A DNA stretch of 64,000 nt from the human T2T-CHM13v2.0 reference genome, Homo sapiens. Numbering within the stretch: position 1 is the stretch's first letter; every line of letters begins with the position of its first letter. The notes under the pieces were generated by a model. The model was not told the DNA's origin, ran no database searches, and saw nothing but the letters and a program-made list of their open reading frames with translations. Below are positions 63,268 to 64,000 of the stretch, in pieces. The position numbers and the translations under genes were made by a program. The stretch is from assembly GCF_009914755.1 (NCBI RefSeq), contig NC_060947.1, one strand, 5' to 3'.

Positions 63268-64000
63268 GATATTCCATGCCAATGGAAACCATAAAAAAGA
63301 GCATGAATAGCTATGCTTATAAAAGAAAAAACAGGTTTCAAGGAAAATCTATAAAAAGAAACAAAGAAGGTTATTATATAATGATAAAGTTGTCAATTCA
63401 GCAAAAGGATATAACAATTGTAAACATATATGCACCCAACACTGGAGCACACGATATATACAGCAAATATTCTGAGAGCTCAGGGTGAGATAAACTCCAA
63501 TACAATAACAACTGGAGATTTCAACTCCTCATTATCAGCGTTGAACAGATCTCCCAGACAGAAAATAAACCAAGAAACATAGGACTTAATTTGCACTATA
63601 GACCAAATGGACCTAATAGATATTTACAGAACATTTCATCCAGGGGCAACAGAATAAACATTCTTTTCTTCAGCATATAGATCATTCTCAAAGGCAGATT
63701 ATATTTTAGGCCACAGAACAAATTTTTAAAAGCTCAAAAAACAAAAATTACATCAAGTATCTTCTCTGAACACAATGGGATAAAATTTGAAGTCAAAAAT
63801 GGGAAATTTTGGAAACTTTACCAACACTTGGGAAGTAAACAATATGTTCTGAATGACCAGTGGGTTAATAAAGAAATTAAGAAGAAAATTGAAAAAATGT
63901 TTGAAATTAATGATAATGGAAAAGCTACGTACCAAAATGAATAGGATATGGTGAAAGCAATAATAAGACATAACTATGAGCACCTACATCCAAAAAGTGG
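63268..64000 (+). mobile_element. L1MA-type ORF2 endonuclease region
   Basis: Contains IFHANGN, IVNIYAPNTGA and ggagatttcaactcctcatt (GDFN). Confidence 0.85.

Overview
This is AT-rich, repeat-dense hominoid (most likely human) genomic DNA, either intergenic or intronic. I found no credible cellular exon, rRNA, tRNA or CRISPR array. Every recognisable ORF is a decayed LINE-1 or Tigger1 fragment; the remaining ORFs look like chance open frames, several inside Alu or LTR sequence. The main elements are a full-length L1PA3 (minus strand, about 8.7-14.9 kb), a solo LTR12 (20425-21926), a THE1 LTR inside LTR33, six Alus, a MADE1 hairpin, MER2/MER5/MIR/L2 relics, a nested MLT1>Tigger1>L1 stack and a rearranged old-L1 cluster (57-64 kb). 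Four observations stand out. (1) The L1PA3 at 28.8-32.6 kb appears to be both twin-primed and to carry a ~235 bp 3' transduction, enclosed by a 19-bp target-site duplication (TSD). (2) The two L1PA3 copies share non-consensus variants, including two internal AATAAA->AAGAAA changes. (3) An ancient ~155 bp inverted duplication has L1M pieces at both breakpoints (33.3-35.3 kb). (4) There is a perfect 32-bp tandem duplication at 34.8 kb. I see no evidence of a new gene system. Subfamily names come from recalled consensus sequences, and the boundaries of old repeats are approximate.
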